Assembly (NCBI RefSeq): GCF_963921235.1
Contig: NC_086097.1
Coordinates: 248,746,001-248,810,000 of the forward strand
Length of the DNA stretch: 64,000 nucleotides
Direction: 5' to 3'
From: Mobula hypostoma
Taxonomy: Eukaryota
Shown: piece by piece, positions 38,568-50,486 of the stretch
Layout of the letters: each line of letters starts with the position of its first letter
Numbering within the stretch: position 1 is the first letter of the stretch
Program-made: the position numbers and the translations under genes
Notes under the pieces: generated by a model
Database searches by the model: none
What the model was told of the DNA's origin: nothing
The model's input: only the letters and a program-made list of their open reading frames with translations

Positions 38568-38775
38568 CATACATCAAAGTTGCTGGTGAACGCAGCAGGC
38601 CAGGCAGCATCTCTAGGAAGAGGTACAGTTGACGTTTCAGGCCGAGTCCTGACGAAGGGTCTCGGCCTGAAATGTCGACTGTACCTCTTCCTAGAGATGC
38701 TGCCTGGCCTGCTGCATTCACCAGCAACTTTGATGTGTGTTGCTTGAATTTCCAGCATCTGCAGAATTCCTGTTG
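38568..38775. mobile_element. Penelope fold-back mini-insert; hammerhead at 38645-38680 (+)
   Basis: Inverted arms; 15-bp TSD TCTA(C/T)ATTTGAGTGT at 38553-38567 and 38776-38790. Confidence 0.9.
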
Positions 38776-38799
38776 TCTATATTTGAGTGTGACTGTTTT

Positions 38800-38958
38800 C
38801 CTGAGTCTCTACCCTGACCTGCATGACTGACAGTAGTGAAAACGGAGAGGAAACTACTTACACGATGAACGAAGCTCTGAACACTGCCAGAGATGGAGGA
38901 CCTTCATTGCTGCCCCAAACACCAGCAACATAACAGGCAATAAGTAAGTTAGTAAGTA
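38800..38958 (+). mobile_element. RTE-derived element 3' end
   Basis: GATGGAGGACCTTCATTGCTGCCC and (TAAG)n tail; matches 60360-60770 on the minus strand. Confidence 0.6.
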
Positions 38959-39295
38959 TTCTGTTATTGGAAGTTTCTGGGTGAGGAAATTGTGGATAGA
39001 ACAATCATCCCATGACAGAGTTTTTGGCCTCTTATTTTGCAGAATAAAACATGCTTCATGCTTGAAGGACCATGATGTCACAGCTGACCTGTGCCCCCAT
39101 CAGGACCACAACAAGGACAAAAACTAGATTAGGGGACGATTCCAAAGCAAGATGGGCCCCAACTGAAATGAAAGCTGGTCCAGCATAGAACTGAGAACAT
39201 TACAGCACAGTACAGGTCCTTCAGCCCACAATGTTGTGCTGACCTACTCTCAGAGAGCAGATTTCCTGTGATTTTCACGCACAACAGTCTCTCGA

Positions 39296-39557
39296 CCATG
39301 GGTTCCCAACATTTTTTTTAATGCCATGGACCCCTACCATTAACCAAGAGGTCCATGGAGTCCAGTTGGGAACCCCTGCTATCGAGGATGGTGGAACAGG
39401 AATTCATTACAAGTGATGTGCAGGAGGGCATCTCTGAATGCATAACACATCGAACCTCTAACTGGATGGTCTACAGCAGCAGGAGACGCTGGACATACAC
39501 TCAATGGCCACTATATTGGGTACAAGAGGTCCCTGGTAATGTGGCCAATGAGTGTCA
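39296..39557. mobile_element. Short hAT-like MITE (39296-39379) followed by a Tc1-like remnant (39385-39557)
   Basis: GGGTTCCCAAC/GTTGGGAACCCCTG TIRs, also seen at ~53815-53888; ISECITHRT..WMVYSSRR resembles Tc1 transposase; palindromic TACACTCAATGGCCAC...GTGGCCAATGAGTGT. Confidence 0.55.
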
Positions 39558-39559
39558 CA

Positions 39560-39775
39560 AAGACGAGAAAACCTATAGATATTGGAAATCCAAGCAACAC
39601 ACACAAAATGCTGGAGGAACTCAGCGGGCCAGGCAGTATATACGGAAAAAAGTACAGTTGACGTTTTGGGCTGAGACCCTTCATCAGGACTGGTTAAAAA
39701 AAGATGAGAAGTTAGAGCAGGAAGGTGAGGGAGCAGAGGAAGGAGTGCAAGGTGGCAGGTGATACATGAAACCAA
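39560..39775 (-). mobile_element. Penelope pLTR fragment
   Basis: pLTR end and hammerhead-like motif at ~39655-39692. Confidence 0.7.
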
Positions 39776-40329
39776 GACCATTCACAGCCTAAAATAGAAA
39801 TGAGTTTATTATTAGTTATTAAATAAGTTTTAAAGCAGTATTTCCCAACCTTTTGCAGTCCAACGTCCCTTAAAGCACCTTCATACTTGCCAATGCACCT
39901 CTTGGGCACAATGTATTTCCCCGGCACCCCCATACTGTAAAAACATGCCTACCATATGCCAACCTGAGAAAAAAGATCCTGCTTTAAATTTTCATTTGTC
40001 TTTAAGCCGAGCTTACACGGCATCTGTGCGCTGCACAGCAGCTTCAATATCAATGTGATCCTCGAGCTTGATGGTTTTTAGCAAGAGTTGAAATATCTGG
40101 TTGAAGTTGTGGCAGTAAAAGCCTGTCTTCCTGACTCCAGTGTCTCATCTTTCTTTTGGAAGAGCCCTCTCTACTAACAGTCAGTCAGGTCTCATGCCTC
40201 AACTTACGGTGCTGCTTACTGTCCCCCCAAGAATCTTGAATGCCCTCAACAACATCTATTTCCCCTAATGCCCCCTTAGGACACATAGAAGCCCCCAATG
40301 GAAATCATTATTTTAAAATAATTGCCCCC

Positions 40330-40710
40330 CACCCTTCACCGTTCCCCATTCCTGTTTCCTTCTCTCACCTTATCTCCTTACCTGCACATCATCTCCCTCT
40401 GGTGCATCTCTCCTTTCACGTTCTTGCACGGTCTTCCATCCTCTCCTCTCAGATTCCCCCTACTTGAACCCTTTATCTCTTTCAGCCATCAGCTTCCCAG
40501 CTCGTCAGTTCAGCACTCCCCCTCTCCCTGTTTCACCGATCACAACGACCTCGCCCTTCTTCCTTCCCACCCCACACCTGCCTGCTCTAACCTCTCACCT
40601 TTTCTTCCAGTCCTGCTGGAGGGTCTTGGACTGAAACATCCACTGTACTCTTTCTATAGATGCTGCCTGACCTGATGAGATCCTACGGTATCTTGTATGT
40701 GATGCTTGTC
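40330..40710 (+). mobile_element. Old Penelope pLTR fragment
   Basis: Polypyrimidine tract followed by a degenerate CAGTCCTG...GAAACATCCACTG motif. Confidence 0.6.
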
Positions 40711-40827
40711 CACTGAGTGAACTTTCCCAATAGTTCTGTTGGTAGTTCCTTTCAAACACTTTAAAGGTGGCCAGTACTTAAAGACAAATAGTGTGCTTTC
40801 TTTAACTCTACAGTGCTTCCTGCACAC

Positions 40828-43548
40828 TTGACCACCAGTGTGCTGCTCCTGATGTCTTCACCATCAGGGTGCTTCCTCCTACTCTCTTGACCATAAGGGT
40901 GCTGCGTAACACAGCCTAGGCCATCAGTGTGCTGTTTACTACACTCTGACCATCAGGGTTCTGCCTCTTATAATCTAGATGATCAGTGTGCTGTCCACTA
41001 CACTCTGACCATCAGGGTGCTGTCCCCTACACTCCGGACCATCAGGGTGCTTCCCCCTACACTCTGACCATCAGGGTGCTGTCCCCTACACTCCGGACCA
41101 TCAGGGTGCTTCCCCCTACACTCTGACCATCAGGGTGCTGTCCCCTACACTCCGGACCATCAGGGTGCTTCCCCCTACACTCTGACCATCAGGGTGCTTC
41201 CCCCTACACTCCTGACCATCAGGGTGCTTCCCCTACACTCCAGACCATCAGGGTTCATCCCCTACACTCCTGAACATCAGGGTGCTGTCACCTACTGTCT
41301 GACCATCAGGGAGCTTCCCCCTACACACCGGACCATCAGGGTGCTGTCCACTACACTCTGACCATCAGGGTGCTGTCCCCTACACTTCGGACCATCAGGG
41401 TGCTTCCCCTACACTCTGACCATCAGGGTGCTGTCCCCTACACTCCTGACCATCAGGGTGCTGTCCCCTACACTCCTGAACATCAGGGTGCTGTCCCCTA
41501 CAGTCTGACCATCAGGGTGCTTCCCCTTACACTCCTGACCATCAAGGTGCTTCCCCCTACACTCTGACCATCAGGGTGCTGTCCCCTACACTCCTGAACA
41601 TCAGGGTGCTGTGCCCTACACTCTGACCATCAGGGTGCTACCCCCTACACTCCTGACCATCAGGGTGCTGTCCCCTACACTCTGACCATCAGGGTGCTGT
41701 CCCCTACACTCCGGACCATCAGGGTGCTTCCCCCTACACTCTGACCATCAGGGTGCTTCCCCCTACACTCCTGACCATCAGGGTGCTTCCCCTACACTCC
41801 AGACCATCAGGGTTCATCCCCTACACTCCTGAACATCAGGGTGCTGTCCCCTACTGTCTGACCATCAGGGAGCTTCCCCCTACACTCCGGACCATCAGGG
41901 TGCTGTCCACTACACTCTGACCATCAGGGTGCTGTCCCCTACACTCCTGACCATCAGGGTGCTTCCCCTACACTCTGAACATCAGGGTGCTGTCCCCTAC
42001 ACTTCGGACCATCAGGGTGCTTCCCCTACACTCTGACCATCAGGGTGCTGTCCCCTACACTCCTGACCATCAGGGTGCTGTCCCCTACACTCCTGAACAT
42101 CAGGGTGCTGTCCCCTACAGTCTGACCATCAGGGTGCTTCCCCTTACACTCCTGACCATCAAGGTGCTTCCCCTACACTCTGACCATCAGGGTGCTGTCC
42201 CCTACACTCCTGACCATCAGAGTGCTGTCCCCTACACTCTGACCATCAGGGTACTGTCCCCTACACTCCTGAACATCAGGGTGCTGTCCCCTACACTCTG
42301 ACCATCAGGGTGCTGTCCCCTACACTCCTGACCAGCAGGGTGCTGTCCCCTACACTCCTGAACATCAGGGTGCTGTGCCCTACACTCTGACCATCAGGGT
42401 GCTGTCCCCTACACTCTGACCATCAGGGTGCTTCCCCCTACACTCTGACCATCAGGGTGCTGTCCCCTACACTCCAGACCATCAGGGTTCATCCCCAACA
42501 CTCCTGAACATCAGGGTGCTGTCCCCTGCAGTCTGACCATCAGGGTGCTGTCCCCTACACTCCAGACCATCAGGGTGCTTCCCCTACACTCTGACCATCA
42601 GGGTGCTGTCCCCTACACTCCGGACCATCAGGGTGCTTCCCCTACACTCGGACCATCAGGGTGCTTCCCCCTACACTCTGACCATCAGGGTGCTGTCCCC
42701 TACACTCCGGACCATCAGGGTGCTTCCCCTACACTCTGACCATTAGGGTGCTTCCCCTTACACTCTGACCATCAGGGTGCTTCCCCCTACACTCCTGACC
42801 ATCAGGGTGCTTCCCCCTACACTCTGACCATCAGGGTGCTGTCCCCTACACTCCGGACCATCAGGGTGCTTCCCCTTACACTCTGACCATCAGGGTTCAT
42901 CCCCTACACTCTGACCATCAGGGTGCTTCCCCCTACACTCTGACCATCAGGGTGCTGTCCCCTACACTCTGACCATCAGGGTGCTTCCCCCTACACTCTG
43001 ACCATCAGGGTGCTGTCCCCTACACTCTGACCATCAGGATGCTTCCCCTTACACTCCTGACCATCAGGGTGCTTCCCCTACACTCCGGACCATCAGGGTG
43101 CTGTCCCCTACACTCTGACCATCAGGGTGCTGTCCCCTACACTCCAGACCATCAGGGTTCATCCTCTACCCTCCTGAACATCAGGGTGCTTTCCCCTACA
43201 GTCTGACCATCAGGGTGCTTCCCCCTACACTCTGACCATCAGGGTGCTGTCCCCTACACTCCAGACCATCAGGGTTCATCCCCTACACTCCTGACCATCA
43301 GGGTGCTGTCCCCTACACTCCGGACCATCAGGGTGCTTCCCCTACACTCGGACCATCAGGGTGCTTCCCCCTACACTCTGACCATCAGGGTGCTGTCTCC
43401 TACACTCCGGACCATCAGGGTGCTTCCCCTACACTCTGACCATCAGGGTGCTGTCCCCTACACTCCTGAACATCGGGGTGCTGTGCCCTACACTCGGACC
43501 ATCAGGGTTCATCCCCCTTCACTTTCTGACCATCAGGGTGCTGCTTCC
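40828..43548. repeat. Minisatellite, 28-30-bp unit, roughly 90 copies
   Basis: Consensus CTGACCATCAGGGTGCT(G/T)(T/C)CCCCTACACT(C); degenerate units at both edges. Confidence 0.97.
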
Positions 43549-43809
43549 GACTCCTTTGAAATGCCCACAAGTTATTACCCCGAACTCGTATCCCCTTGGA
43601 TTGTGCCTGCTCGGCTGTCCGGGCTCTGTGTCTGAGGACTCACTTTCGTTCTGAATGCTATTTGCTTTAATTGTTTGCACAATTTGTTTTTTTCCCGCTC
43701 TCTGCTCATTGGGGTTTTGTCAGTCTAGTTTATGGGTTTCTTGTTTTGTGGTTGCCGGTAAGCAGACGAATCTCAAAGTTGCATAATGTATGGATACTTC
43801 AAACTGCTG

Positions 43810-43935
43810 AAGCTTGGAAACCGGAGCACCCGGAGGAAATGCGCTCGGACACAAGGAGAACGCACGAACTCCTTTAGAACAGCGGCAGATGTGAATCGGG
43901 ATTGCTGGTGCTGTAATAGCGTTACACTAATCCCG
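43810..43935 (-). mobile_element. V-SINE (HE1-like) fragment
   Basis: GGAAACCGGAGCACCCGGAGGAAA is the reverse complement of the V-domain core. Confidence 0.65.
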
Positions 43936-44540
43936 CTGCCTGCGGGAGCTGACTGAGCCTCTTGCGACCATCACCAGTCAGGATGCTCTCCTGTATACAT
44001 TTCTACAACTCTCAAGAGTCTAGTGACATAACAAATCAAGTAGAGCCGATGTCGTGCCTTCTTCAGCATCGCCCAGGATAGATCCTCGGGGCTGTTGACA
44101 CCCGGGGACCTGGAGGTGCTGCTGACCTCCCCCGCCGCTGTCAATGTTGAACGTAGATTCATTGGGTATCTGTCTTCCACTATTGCACTGGGTTTTGACT
44201 TTAGAGCAGTTTTGGTGCTCATTGTGATAAATGTTTCCAACCAGAGTTTCAGGTTAGTTTAGAGCGGGCAGAGCCTCAGACCGGGCGAAGAGGGTCAGGC
44301 TGGGAGGAGGGATCTCCCAGCTCTCCGCTATGTAAATAGGAGGATGGAGAGGGAGGGCCGGGACATCGGGAGGGGTCCTTGCCCCCGCGTACGCTGTGGC
44401 TCGGATTACAGTGGATGCGAATTGGAGGAATTGCGGCTCTCGGGCTGCAGTCTTTGTGACTCACCGCGGCGGCTGGGACGGGCTGCCCCCAGTTCCCCTT
44501 CTTTGCGGCCGTCACCGGGATCCGCTAGTGAATAGCGGTC

Positions 44541-44551
44541 ATGGGACACAG
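44541..44551 (+). CDS. Coding exon 1 (11 nt, MGHR-) of a secreted protein, probably a multiplexin collagen (XV or XVIII)
   Basis: Strong Kozak context GTCATGG; donor CAG|GTAGGG; 117-bp intron 44552-44668 with CTGAT branch-like site, pyrimidine tract and CAG acceptor. Confidence 0.65.
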
Positions 44552-44668
44552 GTAGGGTGAGAGACTCCCCTGTCCCCCCAGCCACCCTCTTTGCTCGTTT
44601 AATGCCTGTCTGTTGCTGATTTTGTTCTCCGGTTCTTCCCCCTCCCATTCCCTGTCCGGCTGCGGCAG

Positions 44669-44748
44669 GTTCCCCAAGACCACCCTGACCCGCCTGCTGC
44701 TGCTGCTCTGGCTGAACGGAGGGACCGCTGCCGCCCAGGAGCTGAAAG
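44669..44748 (+). CDS. Coding exon 2 (80 nt): signal peptide FPKTTLTRLLLLLWLNGGTAAA-QELK; candidate col15a1/col18a1
   Basis: In frame with exon 1; basic N-region, Leu core and AAA|Q cleavage site; consensus donor AAG|GTAAGC in phase 1. Identity is inferred from exon architecture only. Confidence 0.75.
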
Positions 44749-45139
44749 GTAAGCACGGCCGGGTGGGAGAGAGATGGGAGAGCCGGGCAGGTTTCAGCGC
44801 CTGTCCCCACAGTCACAGAAACGATCGACAATATTGCAGCTTTATAAGGCATTCGCTTTACTGTGCATGAGAGAAGCGCTTATGCATCTACAGTTAACTT
44901 TGGTGATTAGAAGTGTTTTGCTGATCGGAATGAGCGTTGACTTTATCAGCAGTTTCACTTCAGCAACGTTCCGATTTTGGATTTGTGTAAAAGGGGCGTT
45001 TGTACTTGGGAGGGGCGGGGGTTGAATGAGGACATGGAAAATATGTCTCCTTTAAATGCTTTCCTGCGGTATGTGGCAGAGAGGAGCCTCGGACCGTCCG
45101 CAGTGCATCCTCCCTCATCCTCCTCCCTCATCCTCCCCC

Positions 45140-45490
45140 TTTGCTCTTCTTCAATTCCCCACTCTGGCCTCCTTACCTCTTCTCCTCACCTGCCTATCGC
45201 CTCCCCCGGTGTCCCTCCTCCTTCCCTTTCTGCTATAGTCCACTCTCCTCTCCTATCAGATTCCTGCCTCTCCAGCCCTTTACCTTTCCCACCCACCTGG
45301 CTTCGCCTCTCACCTAGCTATCCTGCTTCCCCTTCTCCCCACCCTTTTTATTCTGGCCTCTCCCACCCCCCACCCTCCTTTCCAGTCCTGAGGAAACTTC
45401 TCAGACGGAAACATTACCGTCTATTCATTTTCATCGATGCTGCCCGACCTGCAGAGTTCCTTCAGCATTTTGTGTGTGTTGCTCTGGGTT
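45140..45490 (+). mobile_element. Old Penelope pLTR fragment
   Basis: Polypyrimidine tract and pLTR end GATGCTGCCCGACCTGC...CAGCATTTTGTGTGTGTTGC. Confidence 0.65.
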
Positions 45491-46414
45491 GTTAACGGTT
45501 TGTGTTCACTGCTGCCCCACATCCTTGGCAAGTCACTGGTGTTAATGTTATGGAAACCAGTGGAAGCTGTTGACACACTGTGGCGCTCCGGTGGTTGGAA
45601 CGCGCTTTGTGTGAGAACTTGCATCCTTGTCAATGAAAGGAAAGGGTTATTTTCGTAAAAAGAAAGGGTTAACTGTTGTGAATTGCCTCCATTCACAAAA
45701 AAAATTGAAGGAAAATTCTTATTTTTGTCTGAATTATTGATAACTTAATAATCTGAGCAGATTTGACTACCTGCAGATTCACTTTCAAAGACTCTACAAC
45801 GCGTTCTCGATATTATTTCTTTATTATTTGCACTGTTTGTCATCTTTTGCACATTAGTTGTTTGTCAGTCTTCGTAGTTTTTCATTGATTCGATTGTATT
45901 TCTGTTTTACTGTGAATGTCTGCAAGAAAATGAATCTCGGGGTTGTATACAGGGACATATATGTACTTTGAACTTTAACCTTGAAGGCAAAACTTGAGGA
46001 TGCTTAAGTAGGAAACTTATCCACTGCTGACCCCAGGATGAAATTATATTTACTTTGGCCTTAACTTTACAACTAGGGTGGCCCTTGCTTTAATTCCTGA
46101 TTGTTTATTTAATTATTATTATTTTTGTATTTGCGCATTGATTTTTCCACATTGGTTGAGTGCCAAAGTTGCTGCGGTCTTTCATTGATACCGTTATGGT
46201 TATTATTCTATTATGGATTTACTGAGTATGCCCGCAAGAAAATGAATCTTAGGATGGTATATGGTGACATGTATGTGTTTTGATAATAAATTTACTTTGA
46301 ATTGTTTTGTGAATAAGATAACTGTATGAGTTCTGAATTTTGCATTGTAATGTGATTATGCAAAATACATTAGTGGCAAAATGTGGCTTTTATGTTATCT
46401 GATCGGTACACAAG

Positions 46415-46743
46415 GACGTGTAATGTGCGCCTTCCTTCCACTGGCCTGCAGCTCACCCTTGGGCAAGGTGTAGCACCTGATCAGGGTCACGTGAAGCCAT
46501 GGGATCAGGTGGTGGATGGTCATGTGAGCAATTGCTGCACATCTCAAGTCCAGGTTATGCAACCTCTGACGGCAGGCAGAAAATCTCCGAAGAGTTGATT
46601 ATCGCTGGGGTCACCCATCTTGTAAAGATACTGCCCAGAAGAAGGCAATGGCAAACTACTTCTGTAGAAAGTTTGCCAAGAACAATCACGGTCACCATGA
46701 TTGCCCAGGTCACACAACAGAGCACATGATGATGATGATGATG
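46415..46743 (+). mobile_element. RTE-related SINE-like element
   Basis: Family match; GAAGGCAATGGCAAAC motif and (GAT)n tail. Confidence 0.7.
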
Positions 46744-46859
46744 CAAGGACTGCCACTCAGGCTGATGGGGAGCGGTCAGTTTTTATTGCCACATTAGTGT
46801 AATTGGAGAGATTTTTCCACAAGGGAAGTCATTCATGCTCTTGTTGCCTACTATATTTT

Positions 46860-47095
46860 TATTTAGAGATACAGCTCGGTAACAGGCCCAATGAGCCCGT
46901 GCTACCCAATTACACTGATGTGACCAACTAACCTACCAAATGGTACGTCTTGGACTGTGGGAAGAAACAGCAGCACCCGGAGGAAACCTCAGCAGTCACA
47001 GAGAGGTCTTACAAACTCCTCACAGACAGTGATGGGAATTGGAGCTGGGTCGCTGGTGCTGTAACAGTGTTATGCTACCCACTACACTACCATGT
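46860..47095 (-). mobile_element. V-SINE (HE1-like)
   Basis: TGTGGGAAGAAACAGCAGCACCCGGAGGAAACC, reverse complement of the V domain. Confidence 0.65.
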
Positions 47096-47494
47096 AGGAA
47101 GAGAACGTATGACGGGTTCTGAAATTAGATCCATTCAGGGACACTGGGCATCTAGTTGGCTTCCATAGCAATGCAACAGACCTTAAGACACCACTTATTT
47201 AATTTAGTACTTAAGCTAATAATATTGTGGTAAACTATCACCCCAAACAATGAAGAGGCAAGTGAAGATGAGGCTGACTTGAGGGTCAAGGGGCGCCAGT
47301 GCGATACAAGGGTCAGAAGGTGGTACGTTCAAGGAGAAGTGGTCAGGGTGACGTTGAGGCATGTGCAAGATGCAGTTGGAGCAAAGGAGTCGGAGGAAAG
47401 TTGGAACGGAGGAGTTTTGGGGCCCGTCGATCTAAACGGGAGCGAAGTTGGATCAATCCAAGCACTGAGGCAATTTGGAAAGAAGAATGTGTGG

Positions 47495-47885
47495 GGATCT
47501 CATTGAAACCTACTGAATATTGAAAGTACTAGATAGGGTGGATATGAAGAAGATGTTTCCTATGTTGAGGGTATCCAGAACTAGAGGACACAGCCTCCAA
47601 ATTGAGGGGTGACCCTTTAGAACAGAGGTAAGGAGGAATTTTTTTTTCGCCAGAGAGTAGTAAATCTGTGGAATGCTCTGCCACAGACTGCGGTGGAGGC
47701 CAATTCCGTGGATATATTTAAGGCAGAAGTTGATTGTTTCCTGATCTGTCGGGGCATCAAAAGATATGGTGAGAAGGCAGGTGTATGGGGTGGAGTGGAA
47801 TCTGGGATCAGCCATGATGGAATGGCAGAAAATACTCGATGGGCTGAATGGCCTAATGCTGTTCCTATATCCTATGGTCTAATGG
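47495..47885 (+). mobile_element. CR1 3' fragment
   Basis: GDLIETY...SRTRGHSL...NLWNALP and CR1 tail. Confidence 0.8.
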
Positions 47886-48279
47886 TTAGTCATGAACACT
47901 TGTTTTAGGCACTACACTGTGCTTAGACTGAACAGGTTTTAAAAATGTCAGTTTTGTGTGTTTGTGGTCAAAAAGCAGGAATTTTATAGTACTGTGGTAG
48001 TATTGATAGTGTTCTAATTTGTTCTGAATTTTGTTTAAATACTTGTTACTTATTTAAACAGTATGTTGTCTTTCTTATACTTTTAAAACTATTTCCATGA
48101 AACCAGTTAATTGGGGCAGCTGCGTAATTGGGCCAAAATGTACTGCTCCCAATGTGTCCCAATTAACCAGAATACACTATGTACATATATATTTCTTAAT
48201 TGTAATTTATATATCATTTTGTAAAATTATGTATTGCAGTGTACTGCTGCTGCAAAACAACAAATTTCACAACATAGTT

Positions 48280-49880
48280 GTAGTGTGTGAGGGAAGAGAA
48301 GTGGGTGCAGTTACTGTTACAAGGGAGAAGGTGCTCAAAAAGCTGAAAGACCTAAAGGTACATGAGTCACCTGGACCAGATGAACTGCACCCTAGGGTTC
48401 TGAAAGAGATAGTGTTAGAGATTGTGGTGGCATTAGAAATGATCTTTCAAAAATCATTGGACTGGAAAATTGCAAATACAGGTATCACCCCACTCTTTAA
48501 GAAAGGAGGAAGGCAGAGGAAAGAAAATTTTAGACCAGGTAGCCTGACCTCAGTGGTTGGGAAGATGTTAGAGTCAATTGTTAAGGATGAGGTGATGGAG
48601 TATTTGGTGACACAGGACAAGGTAGTACAAAGTCAGCATGGTTTCCTTCAGGGAAAATCCTGCCTGATGAACCTGTTGAAATTCTTTGAGGAGATTACAA
48701 GTAGGATAGATAAAGGGGATGCAGTGGATGTTGTATATTTGGACTTTCAGAAGGCCTTTGACAAGGTGCCACATATGAGGTTGCTTACCAAGTTAAGAGC
48801 CCATGGTATTATAGGAAAGTTACTAACATGATTAGAGCATTGGCTGATTAGTAGGAGGCAGTGAGTGGGAATAAAGAGATCCTTTTCTGGTTGGTTGCCA
48901 TTGACTAGTGGTGTTCGCAGGGGTTGGTGTTGGGACTACTGGTGACCTTGTTGCCATGTTTGCAGATGATACAAAGATTGGTGGAGGGGTAGGTAGTGTT
49001 GAGGAAATAGGTAGGATGCAGAAGGACATAGACAGATTAGTAGAATGGGCAAGAGAGTGGCAAGTGAAATACAATGTTGGAAAATGCATGGTCATGCACT
49101 TTGGTAGAAGAAATAAATGTGCGGACAATTTTCTAAACGAGGAGAAAATCTAGGAATCTGAGATGCAGAGGGACTTTGGAATCCTTGTGCAGAACACCCT
49201 GTAGGTTAACTTGCAGGTTGAGTCAGTGGTGAGGAAGGCAAATGCCATGTTAGCATTCATTTCAAGAGGTCTAGAATACGACCTGAGGCTTTATAAGGCA
49301 TTGGTAAGGCCTCACCTTGAATATTGTGAACAGTTTTGGGCTCTTCATCTTAGAAAAAATATGCTGGCATTGGAAAGGGTCCAGAGGAGGTTCACAAGGA
49401 TGATTCCAGGATTGAAAGGGTTATCATACGAGGAACATTTGATGGCTCTGGGTCTGTACTCACTGGAAGTCAGCAGGATGAGGGGGGATCTCATTGAAAC
49501 CTTTCGAATGTTGAAAAGCCTGGACAGAGTAGATGTGGAAAGGATATTCCCCATGGTGGGAAAGTCTAGGAGAAGAGGGCACACCCTCAGGATAGAGGGG
49601 CGCCCTTTCAAAACAGAGATGAGGAGAAATTTCTTTAGCCAAAGGATGGTGAATTTGTGGAATTTGTTGCCACATGCAGCTGTGGAGGCCAGGTCGTTGG
49701 GTGTATTTAAGGCAGAGATTGATAGGTTCTTGATTGGACATGGCATCAAAGGTTACAGGGAGAAGGCTGGGAACTGGAGTTAAGGAGGGGGATAAAAAAG
49801 GATCAGCCATGATTGAATATCGGAACCGACTCGATGGGCCAGATGGCCTAATTCTGCTCATGTCTTATGGTCTTGTGGTC
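48280..49880 (+). mobile_element. 5'-truncated CR1 (RT domain to 3' tail)
   Basis: SPGPDELHPRVLKE, QHGFLQGKSCL, YLDFQKAFDKVPH, FADDTK, RPHLEYC; TCTTATGG tail. Confidence 0.9.
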
Positions 49881-50239
49881 TTATATGCCAGTGGTGTTAA
49901 ACCTGGTTCTGATAGTGACATAGGAGCAGAATTAGGTCATTTGGCCCATCAAGTCAAGTTCACCTTTCCATCATGGCTGATTATTTTTCCCTTTCAACTC
50001 CTTCTGTCTTCTCTCTGTGACCGTTGATGCTCTTACTAATCAGGAACCTATCAACCTCAGCTTTAAATATACCCAATGACTTGGCCCCCTCAGGCAATGA
50101 ATTCCACAAATTCACCACCCTCTAGCGAAAGAAATTCCTCCTTAGCTCTGTTTGAAAGGGACTTGCGTTGTGTCCTCTGGTTCTAGACTGTCCCGCTATT
50201 CACAGTCCCCGGATGCACCCTGCATTGTGCTGACTGAGC

Positions 50240-50480
50240 CTGGGTTTGATTTCTCTTGGAAACAGTAGAGTTTGTCCACTCTCTCCTGTAACTGCATGGA
50301 TTTCCTCCAGATGCTCCTCTTTCCTCCCACATTCCAGAGACGTACAGGCTAGGGTCAGTAACTCGAAGGCATGCTATTTTGGCGTTGGAACTGGGCTGCC
50401 TCTGACACATGTCCAACACATGTCGTTGATGCAAACAATGCATTTTACTGTATGTTTCGATGTACGTGTGAGAAAGAAAG
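50240..50480 (+). mobile_element. V-SINE (HE1-like)
   Basis: GATTTCCTCCAGATGCTCCTCTTTCCTCCCACATTCC V domain. Confidence 0.6.
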
Positions 50481-50486
50481 AAACAC

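Larger units (their letters stand above)
44260..44830 (+). promoter_or_regulatory. CpG-rich promoter and first-exon region
   Basis: GC- and CpG-rich non-repetitive island in a repeat-dense window; TATA-like TATGTAAATA at ~44329; contains the start codon. Confidence 0.7.

Noticed and set aside
40828..43548. CRISPR-like array or repeat-protein ORFs (DHQGAVPYTP)
   Set aside because: Units are contiguous with no unique spacers, there are no cas genes, the context is eukaryotic, and mixed 29/30-bp units break any reading frame.
44406..44870. ORFs 44406-44852 (-) and 44613-44870 (+) as unspliced genes
   Set aside because: GC-rich open frames; only 44669-44748 is supported, by splice sites and a signal peptide.
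48097..49783. Long RT ORFs as functional genes (also 37018-38083)
   Set aside because: Truncated CR1 ORF2 with stops, frameshifts and deletions.
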